DNA of 64,000 nt from Eledone cirrhosa (lineage: Eukaryota), in contig OZ024758.1 in NCBI GenBank assembly GCA_964016885.1, positions 29,078,001 to 29,142,000 on the forward strand, written 5' to 3'. Position numbers and translations under genes: made by a program. Positions 11,399 through 26,021 of this stretch are shown one piece after another; position 1 is the stretch's first letter; every line of letters starts with the position of its first letter. The notes under the pieces are model-generated. The model was given only the letters and a program-made list of their open reading frames with translations, was not told the DNA's origin and searched no databases.

Positions 11399-14061
11399 CC
11401 CTTTTGATACTAAATCGTCCATGGTTCTATCATGAAAAACCTTTTGTTTTCATGTGTTTATATTTGCATTTAACCCTTTCATGACCACATTTCTAATGAA
11501 ATAGACTATTTTAATTAATTAATCAAGAATTTTGAGGGATTTACTAAAATTATTAATTATCTCATTACTTAGATTTTAACTTATAAAATTAGGTTGGAAG
11601 ATTTTAATTTAAATTGGAAACCTTTAAAATGGGTGATTTTATTTTATAGAACCAGAGCTAATTTTGGCCAGGCTGGTAACTAATTTCATGTTAGAACATT
11701 TGCTATGTTCCAAACATCAAATTAATTTTTTTTTGTCACACACACACATGCCATGGTCCTGCCTCATACTGTAAACCAGACAACCCATCCAATACAGTCA
11801 TTTTCTCTTCTACATGTCTTCTCTTATCATCAGTTTACCCAGGCGAAGCTGGGTACGTCAGCTAGTATAACATAAAATGAAATAAACCTTTGTGGAGAAC
11901 ACTTTTTACTTTTATAATTTCTAAGTTATTCAAATGTATCGAACTTTTTAAATAGGGAACAGGGTTATGAATATTTTAATTTATATTTTGGAAAGTGTGT
12001 CTTCAAAACTGGTAGATTAAACTTTATTGAAGTTATGGAAAATATTTTACAAAATGCCAGTACATTGCTGGTACTTTATTTTACCTCGTAAGGATGAAAG
12101 GTAAAGGTAACCTCAGCAGGATTTGAACTTAGAACGGGAAGGGCCGTAACTGTGCTGCAAAGTATGGTGTTCGATGCTCTTGGAAGATTATAATTAAATA
12201 GGAACCCTTTAAAATGAAAGGTTTTGTTCCATAGAACCAGAGCTGGTTTTGGTCAGACTGGCATCAAAATAGTTGATATATATTGAACCTTGAGTTTCTT
12301 GTTTATCAAAAAGTGATTTAGACATTTTGTTCAAACAGTTTGTGTAAATTTTATATATTTATTATATTTTAGTCAATAATTATATTAAAATTAATAATAA
12401 ATACTATGTGAAAGTATAGTTTACCAAGTGGTTAACAATCATAAGGTCTTAGGTTCAATTGTTGGATCAGGCAGTGTGTTATGTTTTTGAGGAAGATATT
12501 ACATTTTATGATAGGGTGCCCCTACCATTAAAACACCAGAGGAACCTTTTATGAGATGTAACCTTGTAGAAAGCCTGCTAAACCTGCATTATAAGGGTGG
12601 GCTGTAATTTTTATTTTTTTTTTTTTCCCCATTTCAATAAAACTGGAAAAAATAAATTACTTTAGAAATAGCTAATTATCATTTTGCAAAATTTATTATT
12701 TTCTATTCTGATGAAAAAATGCTATCTAAACATATTTAACCATAGGAAGGGCATCCAGTTGTCAAAATATTTGCACCAATTATATATGGTAATAATATTA
12801 AAGTTGGCAAAATCCATCATTAAATCCTTCCTAGCAGAGAAAAATAGATATAAATAAAAGATTTGTGAACTGAACTTAAATGTTAGCATTTCCACTATCA
12901 ATAAACAGCAGTCACAACTTCCTCAAACTAAAATGTTCAAACATTAAACAAAAAGGTTTGCTAAAAGCTGAATGATAAGATAAATGGATTACTGTCTGTC
13001 AGAAATTGCCACACTAAGCTAGAATCAAGAGTGTAGATGGTGAAAATATCTTTAACAATAAACAAGTTTTGATTGGAGAAATTTTATTTTAAACATATGC
13101 TTTAAATTGGAAGTTATATAAACTCTACTTTTTGTTCAAATGTAATAGTTTTTTAGGTATGTAATTTTATTCTCTTGGATTTACCAGAAAAAGAAAAAGA
13201 ATAAATTAGTATGCTGACATACTTTCTGTCTACATTGAACAAATACTGAGAGTGACCTGCTTAGAACTAAGTGGATTTTAAGAAATGTGTTTTTCATCAG
13301 TTATCTTTGACCAATATACTAGCAGTTTTGGGTTCCCAAAGTAACTCTGTTTATGTTACTTTCTAGCTATAAGCATGCTCTTCCTCTGAATTTACTCAAA
13401 GAAAATAATTGTTTGCTTATTCACTTGTATATAAAAAAAAATTGTATTCCCTTACCACATCTTGTGGATTCTTACTTGCTGATTCATAAATGGCTTCAAG
13501 TCACTAAAGTAAATTCCTTGTATTCATTTTAAACTAGTTTACACATCCTTTCACGCAACCTAACTTTACAACTGTTGTAATTTGTTTTCTTCCCACTGTA
13601 TGTAAAAATTTCAAATGTTGATGTAGATTAATTAAACTAGCAAATCAACATTTTATATTTCTTGTGCTTTAATAGCTAACAACATTAGAATATATCAGTT
13701 TTATGTATTTCAACAGCTAGTAGAATGTCAGAAGCTATGGCACCTCTCATTTCTGTGAGTGAATGTAACCTAGTTGTTTTGCCATGCATCTCTTAGATTA
13801 ATCATCATAACTAAAGATGTAGAAAAACAGATATTGATTTTTTTTTTTCTTTTTTTTTTCGGGTCATTATGCTTTGCACCTGGATAACCTATTTTTGCCT
13901 TTTGTACCCCCCCAAGCAAAACCCACATTTTTTTGTTTGTAACATTCTGAAACTAATTACTGAGAGGTATTTCAATGTATCAGTGGCCCTAGTTGAGCTT
14001 TTTGTCACTAATTTAATCCTTAAACATTTACATTACTCTATATTTACTATTGTATTTTCAT

Positions 14062-14313
14062 GTTAACTGATGCAGGTCGTTTGTCCCAAGCTTCAGCAAC
14101 TTTGAGCATGAAAAAATGTTTCCAAAAGCAATGAGAGCTGTGCTGTTTTCTGACTTTGTAGGCTTGCCCACGTGTGTTAGACACATGGAATTCAAAAAGG
14201 TGCTCAGGGTTGTTGTTGGCAAGGTGGCTAATAATTTTGTGGGTGTTTACCAAGTCAGTTGTCAGGCGTATGAATGTATTGATGCCCAGGGAAGCAAGGC
14301 GTTCAGAGTATGG
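14062..14313 (-). mobile_element. CR1-clade LINE 3' fragment
   Basis: PYSERLASLG..DLVNTHKII..TRGQAYK..FF..VAEAW; same family as 50930-53810. Confidence 0.88.
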
Positions 14314-16616
14314 TAAAAGAAAAATGTATGTAAAATGAAGATGTAACTTATGTTCCAGTGTGACATATACCCTTGTATATATGGTGATTATAACATATAA
14401 TCTACTCATTAGAAATAGTCATGAAAACAGTTGAGAACTAAATTTAAATGGCTATAAAAAAAAAAATATGTGTATAATTTTATTTGGGGAAATATGTATT
14501 AGGATATTAAAAGTTAATTTAATGTTAGACTACTTTACTAAACCAACCACTTTTATTTATTTATTTTTAAATAATCTGTAATTATTTTCAACTCAAGCTT
14601 GTGACTCAGAATAGAATCTCTATTTCCTAAATGAGTGTAATATAACAAAAAACATCATCATCATCATCACCATCATTTAATATTGGTTATCACTGCTAAC
14701 AACCCATAGAAAATCCTTCAGATAAGCTAGATAAATTATTTTAGTATTCATAAAATGTGTTTCTTGCGTGCTCACACATGTTTGCGTGTTCAGTGATCTA
14801 TTTGAATAAAAGTGAGTAGATAACAGGAAATAGGACACATACAGAATAAATTATATTAATTTATTTTTTAATTAATTAGTCAAAACAGTAGAGACAGCAT
14901 CCATAAGCTTTGGAAGCAGCCCCTAATCAAATCCAGACACAGGCATGGCTATGCTGTGAAGTCATCTGCAACAACATGATTTCAAGTTCAATCCTGCTAC
15001 AAAATCTTGGACACCTCTCTTCTATCAGATCCTTGGGTTGACCAAAGCTTCCTGAGTGGAATTTGGTAGGCATAGACTGTGTGGAAGCATTTTAGAGGGA
15101 CTGTTCCTGTGCCTTTGGGGTAGGGGGCTTAACCCAGTTGTATCTGGCCAGAATTCTCCCTCCTCTTTCAGTTCAAACCAGCTGTAACTGGCTGCTCATA
15201 TCTACATTAAGGTATTTTCTCAAAATAAATAACATCAAAATCTCGTAGATACAATATTATGTGAGATAATTATGTAAGATAAAGCCTTTACTGTGAAAAT
15301 ACAATAATAAATATAGAGTAATGTAAATGTTATGTGAGATATTATGTAAGATAAAGCCTTTACTGTGAAAATACAATAATAAATATAGAGTAATGTAAAT
15401 GCTTAACGGTTAAATCCACATCTCTACCTGGCCTTTGAATGTTTTTAGTGGCGACCACCCTGTAGCTGAATGGTTAAGAGGTTTTCTTTGCAATCATTAG
15501 GTCTTGGGTTGGATCCCACTGTCTGGTGATATTTTGAGTAAATGTCATTTACCGTAGCCTTTGTTTGATCCAAGGGCCTTGGTGGGTGTAATTAGACAGA
15601 AACTGATTGGATGCCTGCTGGATGGACTGTAAATCAAAGGGCCAGCTTTGTCACACATTTCCATGCTGAATCTCTCTGAAAATTACATAAAGGGTACATG
15701 TGTCTGTGGATTGCTTAGCTACTTACATGTTAATTTCATAGGTTGTTCCATTGATCAAACAACTGGAAGACTCATCATCAAAACCTATGGGAGTCCATTT
15801 TGTTGTAATTATTCAGGCTATCTCCAGTCTGAGGGTAACTCCTCTCACCAATTACTGACACCCTGAAAGGGGGCAATAAATTCTGCTGCCCTTCCTTCCC
15901 TGATTAACCTTTTAACATTTAAACTGGCCATAACCGGCTGTTCATACTTATGCTAAGGTATTGTTCTCCAAATAAATATCAAAATCTCATAGATTTGATA
16001 TTATGCCATAAAATACAATAGTAAATACAGAGTAATGTAAATGCTAAAGGGTTAAACCATTAACAAATTTCATGTGGCTGATGTTCAGGTTGAAATGTCT
16101 GTAGCTTGATGTCTGTAGAAAATGCCTGAGTTGGAAGTGAATGTGAGAGGTTTGGAGTTCTTGGGAGAAAAGTTGGAAGAATGTTTAGTCCAGGAGGTCA
16201 GTAAGGGTGAAATAGAGTCAGGAGGAGAGGCAGGAACGTAGGATGATTCAGGATGGATATAGTGTGTAGGGAAGTAGAAACTATTTTAGTTAGTGATGAG
16301 AAAGAGAGAATGAAACATCACAGGTGTGAGTAAATAATTGTAGGGGATAACCTTTGTCAGAGAGTGTATGAGTGTAGCAGCAGTGTTTGGATATGAGTCA
16401 TTTAATTTATTTTGTAGTTGGCAGCTGATTAGATAGATATTATTTTCTGGCTTTGTATGTAGAACAATCGTTGCCGTTCTATAAGTGTAAGGTTTTTGAC
16501 ATGTAAACACATACACCTATACTGGTATTTATTGAAATATAGGGGACAGTCAAATTCTCTGCCACACTGACTAAATGATATTCCTTTGTTAACTGCAACC
16601 ATTAAAGCTCCTACCT

Positions 16617-16644
16617 TTAACCCTTTAGCATTCACATTACTATA

Positions 16645-16675
<31 letters not shown>

Positions 16676-17004
16676 CATCATTTTTACGTCCGCTTTTCCC
16701 TGCTTGCAAGGGTGGGATGGGAACTGATTCTGGCTTGCTTTCTACAGCTGGATGCCCTTCCTAACACCAACCTCATTTACAGTGAGTGCTGGGTACTTTT
16801 TTGCCGTGGCACCTCCACGACCACTTTACAATATACTATTATATTTTCATGGTAAATGCTTTATTTCATATAATATCAAATCTGAGATTTTGAAAGTATT
16901 TATTTTGAGAACAATACCTTAACATCAGTTTGAGTGACCAGTTACAGCCAGTTTCAACAGAAAAAGGTAGAGAATTCTGGCCGGTTTGAACATTAAAGGG
17001 TTAA
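16617..17004 (-). mobile_element. piggyBac-type MITE interrupted by (TA)n and a SINE-2 3' fragment (~16675-16827)
   Basis: ttaaccctttagcattc ... cattaaagggttaa; MITE sequence resumes after the insertion. Confidence 0.85.
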
Positions 17005-17801
17005 ACTTGCTCAGTTTACATTTTATGTCAAAAACTCTGCTTGTTTACCAATCTTTTCATCTCAGAAAAATATACATTTTACAGCCTGCTGAATTTTCAC
17101 TTCAGACTTCAGAAGAATTAGCAGAGAGTAACTTGCATGCCCTATATTAGAAGAATATGGCCATCTCAAAAAAAATCTTTCATACTCAATCTATCTATTT
17201 TTATTGATTCATACATTTTGAAAATAAAGTTTGATTTCCAGAGGTAATTGAATACTTCATTGAAAATGAGCAGACCATCAGTGGCTCAGGGATCTAACAC
17301 TAATTCTATAGGAGTGAGATGTTAAATGGAGGTAGAAATAAGAAAGCTTATATTACAAATGCCTACATATATATTGGCTAATAGTTGGTTTTTATTTTAC
17401 CTGTACTACCATGAGGGTTAGGTGCATATATTTATATCAGTCATAGCTTCTGGCATATCCTATACATCAGTCATGGGCAAAACTATGGACTGTGAGCTGC
17501 TCGCAGCCCATTTAGCTTTCTGAATGGCATGCCTAATTTCAGAATTGCCTTGAATTTTTTAGTAGTGCTGCCTACCTTTATGATGAACCACATCCTATGT
17601 AAACCACTGCTTAGAAAAGGTTGCCTGTACCTGCTATACATTTGATTTAGTCTCAGTGTGAATAAATAGTTTTATTTATTAAAGGATTTTTTTTTAGTTG
17701 AGCTTTCAAAAGTGTGCATCATTCAGTATTTCATCACTCTATCATATAATCTTTCTACATTACCAATTTCATATGCACAGATACAATATATTACATACTT
17801 A

Positions 17802-18366
17802 CTAGCAGAAAGACCACTCTTCGGGTGGTTTTCTGCTAGCATGTGTAGTGTGTATATTGATATTATATGCAAGTATATGTACATGTAGATATGATACCTC
17901 AAATAAAATTGTAATTGACAATATAAACAGAAATTGAACGAAGACTGCGTTACACTGTCTTATGTAATCAGTAACGTAATCCATGATACATTAAAAAAAG
18001 ACGATATTATATATAAACTGCATTAGGAGAAAATTATTATAGTTTAGATAGTGACAGAAAATTAGTATGTTTATTTAAGTGATCGCCACCGGAAGAGTTG
18101 ACATCACTCTCTCTTTCTATATATATGGTAGTTGAAGTGGTGGTGGTGGTGGTGGTGGCAACGATACACCGGAAGTGCAACTTTGAAAAGGGGTCAATTT
18201 TAAATTATTTATTTTTAGGAAATCATTTTTGTTTACGAAATTTAGTAGATAAATTATGTAATATTCGTTCATTATTTATTCAAAGTAATCCAACTTATTT
18301 TACTAACGGGATAAAAAAATATAAACCGTACGCAATCCCACAGACCTTCCTTTATTATAGTTTAGA
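17802..18366 (-). mobile_element. Non-autonomous Helitron-like element
   Basis: On minus strand: A|TCtaaactataataaagg ... hairpin accacccgaagagtggt ... CTAG|T; AT target site, no TSD. Confidence 0.7.
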
Positions 18367-18463
18367 TTTGATTTTTCCTAATTGAACACTTGTTGATTAT
18401 ATTGTAAGAAAGAGATTTGTTGCTGTATTATTTATGTTATAGTTGAAGTCAGAGTTAGTGGTT

Positions 18464-18796
18464 AGGCGCATGGCTTAGTGGTCAGAGCATTAGGCTTGCA
18501 ATCGAAAGGTTGTGAGTTCAATTCTCAGACCGGGTGATGTGTTGTGTCCTTGAGCAAGACACTTTATTTCACATTGCTCCAGTTTACTCAGCTGTAGAAA
18601 TGAGATGATAGGGACTGGGGTCCATATCATTCCACTGCAAATTGGTTGTGGAGGTGCTACGGCAAAAAAGCACCCTGCACTCACTGTAAATGAGGTTGGT
18701 GTTAGGAAGGGCATCCAGCTGTAGAAATCAAGCCAGAATCAGTTCCCGTCCCACCCTTGTAAGCAGGGAAAAGCGGACGTAAAATGATGATGATGA
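18464..18796 (+). mobile_element. tRNA-derived CORE-like SINE (family 2) with RTE-derived tail
   Basis: ggcgcatggcttagtggt (A box), gagttcaattc (B box), gttgtgtccttgagcaagacactt (CORE-like), 3' cccgtcccacccttg..cggacgtaaaat(gat)n. Confidence 0.88.
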
Positions 18797-19574
18797 TTGT
18801 GTTGGCTATGGGAATTTCTAGAAGCTCTTTTATTATGAATAATAAAGCAAAATTTATAATGTAATCATACTGTTATTGGTGAGAATTTAAGAAATAGACT
18901 TTGAATTCAGTTGAAACTAAAAATTGTAAATATATATATCCATGAAAGGGTTGATACTCAACATAGCACTTAGAGAGTCCATCAGTGGAGCCACTGACAA
19001 CCTGTCTAGTGTCAGTGCCACAATAAAATACACCTAGTACACTCTGCAAAGTTGTTGGTGTTAGGAAGAGCATCCAGCCCTAGAAACCTTGCCATACTGG
19101 AATGTATATGAATGATGGCCCTTGGTTGATTTACAAGGAGAGTAGCCCCTGTTATGGACTGGCTGGGCCTTCAACGATCCGTCAAACCCATGCTAGCATG
19201 GGAAAACAAACTTCTAATCTTTTTTTTTAATTTATAATTAAAGTAAGGATTCTAAGTGGTGGTGGTGGGGGGGTATATTCTTTATTTTCTTAAGGTCGTA
19301 TAACTTAGATAATGAATAATAATGATTGAGAAGAATAAAATTGAGGTCAAGGTTGTACAGATTTTTAGACAAAGACCAATAGTTTGAGGAAGTTTAGGCT
19401 TCATGTTTCTTTAATGCTTGTATATAGAGGTACTTAGGGAGAAATATAGACTCCTATATTTTAATGACCACCACTGCCTTAACCATCTCAATAACCCCTT
19501 CCTCCCTCCCCCCTTCTTCCTAACTCTCTTCTATACTCACTTATTTTAGCATACTACTCTCCTCCCTCTCTCTC

Positions 19575-20550
19575 TGTCCCCCTCACTCTCTCAATCACCA
19601 TTCTTTTCTGTCTCACCCCCTCTCTCTCAATCACCATTCCTCTCTCCCCCTCTCTCTCAATCACCATTCCTCCCCCCCCCCCTCTCTCAATCACCATTCC
19701 TCTCTCCCATTCCTCTCTCCCCCTCTCTCTCAATCACCATTCCTCTCTCCCCCTCTCTCTCAATCACCATTCCTCTCTCCCCCTCTCTCTCAATCACCAT
19801 TCCTCTCTCCCCCTCTCTCTCAATCACCATTCCCCTCTCCTCTTCTCTCTCAATCACCATTCCCCTCTCCTCCTCTCTCTCAATCACCATTCCCCCCGCC
19901 TCTCTCAATCACCATTCCTCTCTCCCATTCCTCTCTCCCCCTCTCTCTCAATCACCATTCCTCTCTCCCCCTCTCTCTCAATCACCATTCCTCTCTCCCC
20001 CTCTCTCTCAATCACCATTCCTCTCTCCCCCTCTCTCTCAATCACCATTCCCCTCTCCTCTTCTCTCTCAATCACCATTCCCCTCTCCTCCTCTCTCTCA
20101 ATCACCATTCCCCTCTCCTCTCTCTCAATCACCATTCCCCTCTCCTCCTTTCTTTCAATCACCATTCCTCTCTCCCCCTCTCACCATTCCTCTCTTCCCT
20201 TCTCACCATTCCTCTCTCCCCCTCTCACCAATCCTCTCTTCCCCTCTCACCTCTCACCATTCCTCTCTTCCCCTCTCACCATTCCTCTCTTCCCCATTCC
20301 TCTCTTCCCCTCTCACCATTCCTCTCTTTCCCTCTCTCTCCCCCTCTCTCAATCACCATTCCTCTCTCTCCCCCTCTCTCAATCACCATTCCTCTCTCTC
20401 CCCCTCTCTCAATCACCATTCCTCTCTCTCCCCCTCTCTCAATCACCATTCCTCTATCTCCCCTCTCTCTCAATCACCATTCCTCTCTCCCCTCTCTCTC
20501 AATCACCATTCCACTCTCCCCCAATCACCATTCCACTCTCCCCCTCTCTT
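19575..20550. repeat. ~30-bp polypyrimidine minisatellite
   Basis: ctctctcaatcaccattcctctctccccct units, almost no G on + strand. Confidence 0.95.
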
Positions 20551-20724
20551 TTCTATTCCTCTCCGTTTTATCCTGTCTCCTTACATCTTTGTATCTCTCT
20601 CCCCCTCCTCCTCCTCCCCACTCCTCATTCTTATTTCCTTTTACTTCTCTCTCTCTCTCTCTCTCTCATTAAATTTTAATCTTTACTCTCTCTAATTTAT
20701 AGTTTCCTTAGAAATGGTAAAATA

Positions 20725-21060
20725 GTTGCCTTTCATCCTAACAGTAAATAAAATAAAATACCAGTAATGCACTAGGGTCGATTTAATCGACTCCCCCCCC
20801 CCTCCCTAAAATTGCTGGCCTTGTGCCTATAGTTGAAATTATTATTATTATTTGGCAGTGTCGATAGAGCATCGGACACCATGCTTCGTAACGTAGAGTT
20901 ACATCCCTTTACGTTCTGAGTTCAGATCCCGCCAAGGTTAGCTTTGTCTTTCATCCTTACGGGGTCGATAAAATAAAGTACCAGTAATGCACTGAGGTTG
21001 ATTTAATCAACTTTCCCCTTCCTTTGAAATTAATGACCTTGTGACTGAAGTAGAAACAGC
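20725..21060 (+). mobile_element. SINE family 1, partial plus full copy in tandem
   Basis: Same body and B box as 8838-9250. Confidence 0.8.
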
Positions 21061-22145
21061 TATTTTAAATATCCTTTTCAAAAAGCCAAACAAAATGGAG
21101 TGTATCTGTAGGAGATTATGTGGCCCCAGTGTTTAGTTTACATTATAAGATTAGTTTTCTAAACTGCAATGTAGATATGGTTTAGTGTGGTTAGTTTAGT
21201 AGTTTGAATTGAAGCAGGCGACGTATGGTGTAGGATTGACTAATAGCTGATGATGGTATCAGGAAATGACTAAGAAAAGATAGGGACAGCTGGATAAAGC
21301 TTGTGTTTTAGGCCAGAGTTTTTGTATACACACACACCACATGGCGATAATTATATATATAGATCTGTCTGTGTGTGTGTGTATGTAAATGTATGAATGT
21401 GTTTACATGATATTCATATGTATCAAAATATGAAATGTGTTCTACAAAATATATTATCCTATTTGTCATAAAATAACCTGATTATAAAAACAAGAAGCTG
21501 ACATTGTTCTAATGCCTTTGTTATTAAATAATAGAATTGTTGCTATTTTTTATGGGAGCTGAGTATATAGTAGGATAGTTCTACTACACCGTAGATGGTT
21601 TCATCGTTACCAAGTCAAATCTCACCAGTTTGAATGAACTACTCTAATGAAAAACCTACTAATGTAAAAGCCTTGTGTATTTGTCTGTCACACACTAGAG
21701 ATGACTGAGGAAGGGAGGGGTGTCTAAGCAGCATCTAAGATTCGCTACACCTGTGTGTGTATGTGTGTTTGTGTAAATTATATTTATATGTAATATTTGT
21801 GTGAGTGTATATGTGTTTGTGTGTGTTTATTTAGAAAGATACATAGACAATAGAATTGCAAACACACGAATCTACACACATATATGTAATGACTGACGAA
21901 GGAGGGGGTTGAGTAACTATAGAAGTCCAGCATTCTAAGATTTGTCACACTTGTGTTTGTATATGTGTAGCGAATTCACTACACATATTGACTGTGTGTT
22001 TCTACTTGTGTGAGTGAGAGCAAAGGAACCAACCAACATTTCTTTTTTATATTATGTATAGATATTACAATTAGCCGTCATTTTTGATGGCATGGGGTCA
22101 GCTAGTGTTTGAATAATATAGCATTATAAATGTAAGAAGTTAGCT

Positions 22146-22691
22146 TCATCATCATCATCATCGTTTAACGTCTATCTTTCATGCTAGATGGGTTTAGACG
22201 GGAGTTGTCCCACGTGACGCAAGATTGGTTGTCTTGCTCGTATAGGACTGTCTGACGGGTTTTCTACGGCTGGATGCCCTTCCTAACACCAACCACGTTT
22301 ACAGTGTGGACTGGGAGGTTTTTACCGTGTTACCTACACGGCCACATTACAGCGTGGACTGTGTGTTTTTTGTCGTGACACCTACACAACCTCATTTATT
22401 TAGGACTGGATGTTGTGGCACCAACATAACTTTAGGTGTAGATGGGGTGGGGGTAAGGGTAGTGTACTGGGGGTGTATTTTTGGTTAGGAGGAGCCTACT
22501 GACTGTAGGTTTCGCTTTGTACTTGGGCAAGGCGGGTCTTCTGTATTACTGAGTAGCGCCAAAGATCTCTGTCCAGTGACATTGTCTTGGAGAGGTGTAA
22601 GTGTGTGAGGTGTGGAATTTATCAAATCGTCCCAGGTTTTTCTGGGTCTACCTACTCCATAGCTTCCGTCTATTTTAATTGCCCTGCACTT
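22146..22691 (-). mobile_element. RTE family A 3' fragment
   Basis: Reverse complement of ~105-632 with (CAT)n at left end. Confidence 0.88.
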
Positions 22692-22896
22692 CGTATATTA
22701 AAACAAATATAATCCTAATTTTTTAAATGTCAGAGCATAGAATGTTATGAAACACATGACTAACACAATTATATAAATGAATACAAATGAATCTATTAAT
22801 TACAATTGCACTAAATAATGGTTGAGCAGATTTTGATGAATTAAATTAGGTTCTTTATTTTGAATTAAATTAAATATTAGCTGATGCAAAGGTTTG

Positions 22897-23104
22897 TTAA
22901 CCTTTTAGCATTTAAACCTGTCATATCCAGACAGAATTCTCTCACCTCGTTCTGTTCCTACTGGCTGTAACTGGCCACTCATACTGATCTTAAGGTATTG
23001 TTCTCAAAATAAATAATATCAAAATCTCATAGATTCGTATTGAGATAATGCCTTTGCTGTAAAAATATAATAGTAATAGAGTAATTTAAATGCTAAAGGG
23101 TTAA
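22897..23104 (+). mobile_element. piggyBac-type MITE
   Basis: ttaaccttttagcattta ... taaatgctaaagggttaa. Confidence 0.88.
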
Positions 23105-23289
23105 TTTAATTTCTTTGATTGTAACAACCATTAAGATATAGGGTATGTTAATTTATTAGATATTTTAGAATTATTCTGTTTTCAATGTCATACAACACCT
23201 ACAATGTCCCTATTGTAATTCAGACCTAATCTTATTCAGTGTAATTGTTGATGAGTTTTATAACCATAGTTTTCATCATCATTATCATG

Positions 23290-23475
23290 AGTGGATTGGC
23301 AGTATAGGTAGAGGGTCGGACGCCATGCTTTCCAGCATAGTTACGTCCCTTTACGATCTGAGTTCAAATCCCGCCGAGGTTAACTTTGCCTTTCATACTT
23401 GCGGGGTCGATAAAATAAAGTACCAGTAATGTACTAGGTAATTGCTGGCCTTGTGCCAAATGTAGAAACAATTAT
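23290..23475 (+). mobile_element. SINE family 1
   Basis: gtggattggcagtataggtagag...gagttcaaatcccgcc...gtagaaacaatt. Confidence 0.85.
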
Positions 23476-23871
23476 CATCACCATTTAATGTCCATTTTTC
23501 CATGCTGGCATGGATTAGACGAGTTATCCTGTTGTGAGCAATGCAAGGTCAGGTGACCATGTCATGCTTATACAGAACTGATTTGGGCTTCGTTTCTACA
23601 GCAGGATGCCCTTCCCAGTGCTAACTTCATTTACTGTAAATATAAAACCTCTTCCTTCTCTAAAATACCTCTTTGGGTATTTTAGTGAACATAAAGTTTC
23701 ATCAAATCTGTGACATAATTGTGGGGCCCTAGTTGTAGTACATTGCTAAGAATTAAACCCATTTTGGAATCAACCTTATGGTTCACAAATTCAAACTTTT
23801 AGAATTTTCTTAAATCTCTTGAACTTTTGAAGGTATGCAACAACTTGTAAAAATGCTGTGCCCTAAAAATG

Positions 23872-24430
23872 GTTTCTGATTTAGGCACAAGGCCAACTAT
23901 TTTGGAGAGAGAGGGTGGAAGTTGATTAAATCAACCCCAGTGCATTACTAATGCTTTATTTTATTGACCCTGAAAGGATGAAAGGCAAAGCTAACCTTGG
24001 TAGGATTTGAACTCAGAACGTAAAAGGCCATTGCTAAATACTGCAAAGCATTTTGTCTGTCACTTTACTGATTCTGCCAATCCATCGCCTTAATAATTGT
24101 TTCTACTTTTGGCACAAGGCCAGCAATTACCCCAGTGCATTACTGGTACTTTATTTTATCGATCCTGTAAGGATGAAAGACAAAGTTAACCTCGGCTGGA
24201 TTTGAACTCGGACTGTAAAGGGGCGTAACTCTATGCTGCAAAGCATGGTGTCCGGCACTCTACCGACACTGCCAATTCGTCGTCCTAATAATTGTTTCTA
24301 ATTTAGGCACAAGACCAATAATTTGAGAGAGGGTGGAAGTTGATTAAATCAACCCCAGTGCATTACTCGTGCTTTATTTTATTGACCCTGAAAGGATGAA
24401 AGGCAAAGCTAAACTCGGCAGGATTTGAAA
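23872..24430 (-). mobile_element. Three tandem SINE family 1 copies (long-short-long)
   Basis: Reverse complement of SINE-1 body repeated three times head to tail. Confidence 0.85.
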
Positions 24431-26021
24431 TGTGCCCTAATGATAATGTTTGTGCATCATATTGCTTTCTTCTTAAGAAGAAAGATGGTGGATTTCCTAG
24501 GTGCTATTTTTTGTCTGCCTTAGAACTATATTTCTAATTACATCAGATAGAATGCTTTGTGGTGTTTGTTCTGTCTGTGCTCTGAGTTCAAAATCCTCCA
24601 TGGTCAACTTCACCTTTCATCTTTTCAAAGTTGATAAAATAAGTACCAGTTGATTACTGGGGTTGATTCTTCCTCTCTTTCAATCTCTCTCTCTCTCTCC
24701 TTCTCTGGAAGAAATCAACTGTGTCCAGACCTGGAGAGGGGTTCACCAAGTTTAAAATGCCCAAGACACAGTATGTCCTTACAGAACTCCCACAACTCCA
24801 ACAGGAGTTACAGGGCCATACATGTTTCTTATTATTTGATGTATGGGTTGGAGTTGTAGAGTTGTACCTGGGAGATGGTAGGAAGACTGTTAACTGTATA
24901 TATGGAGATGTGGGTAAGTGGACAGATAATTAAAAAGTATAAATGGAAGAACAGATCATTACAGGGCTCTGTTTTAAAAAAATTCCACATTTTAGATTGT
25001 TTCTAAACTTAGTGTCATGAGTGGTAGTTCGTTAGCCAACATTTTGTGTTGCATTTTAATTCTTTTGACACTACCCCCTACCCAAAATCATCTCTGGTTC
25101 CATGGAATAAAACCACTTGTTTTAAAGGATTCCTATTACATTAAAATCTAACATAATTTGATATAAGTACCATTTGTAATATTACAAATACTATTTTAAT
25201 GATGAAATCATAACATCACTGTTTAATGTCTATTTTCCATACTTGCAATATGACAGGCAGGCTGTCACATTCTGAGGTCAAGCAGGTCAGGTGACCAATC
25301 TCTTGCTGATATGCTTCATATTTGGCTTGGTTTTCTATGACTGAAATCATCATCATCATCGTCGTTTAATGTCCATCTTCAATGCTAGCAGGGGTAGGAC
25401 AGGCTATCCCATAGGGATCAGGTTGGAGGACCGTGATTCGCTCACACACAACTAATTTTGGCCTGGTTTCTACGACTGGATGCCCTCCTTAATGCCAAAC
25501 ATATTTACAGTGTGTGCTATAATCAATAATTTTAGTAAATCCTTCCGAATTCCTCATTAATTAATTCAAATACAGTGTATTTCGTTGATGACCAATCTTG
25601 CCTCAAGTGGGACAATTCCTGTCTAAACCCATGCTAGCGTGGAAGATAGATGTTAAACGATGATGATGTTTTTCATTAGAAATATGGTTGCAAAAAGGTT
25701 AAAATGATGTTTACTATTTTGTTATTAGATGGAGGTGGTGGGGAGGGGCTGGATAGAATAAAAGGCTTTGCTGCAATCAGTAACAGGATGAAAGGCTCTC
25801 CAATCATTCAACCTACTAGAATTAGCTGCTAAATCTTCTCCATGCTATCTCTCCCCTACCATCTTAATAATATGATGAAAATGCTGATCATATAAACCTC
25901 TTATTAATTTTTAGGGATTTCATAAAATCAGATTATAAAAATTCCTTAATAATTAAGTTATAATGTGAACCATATACTTTTTTTTTGTAAGATTTGCTGT
26001 TGGTAACTTTTCAAATGTAGA

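Noticed and set aside
18464-18535. tRNA-like heads with A and B boxes (also 8838, 27643, 33477 and others)
   Set aside because: No convincing complete cloverleaf; each runs into a SINE body and tail
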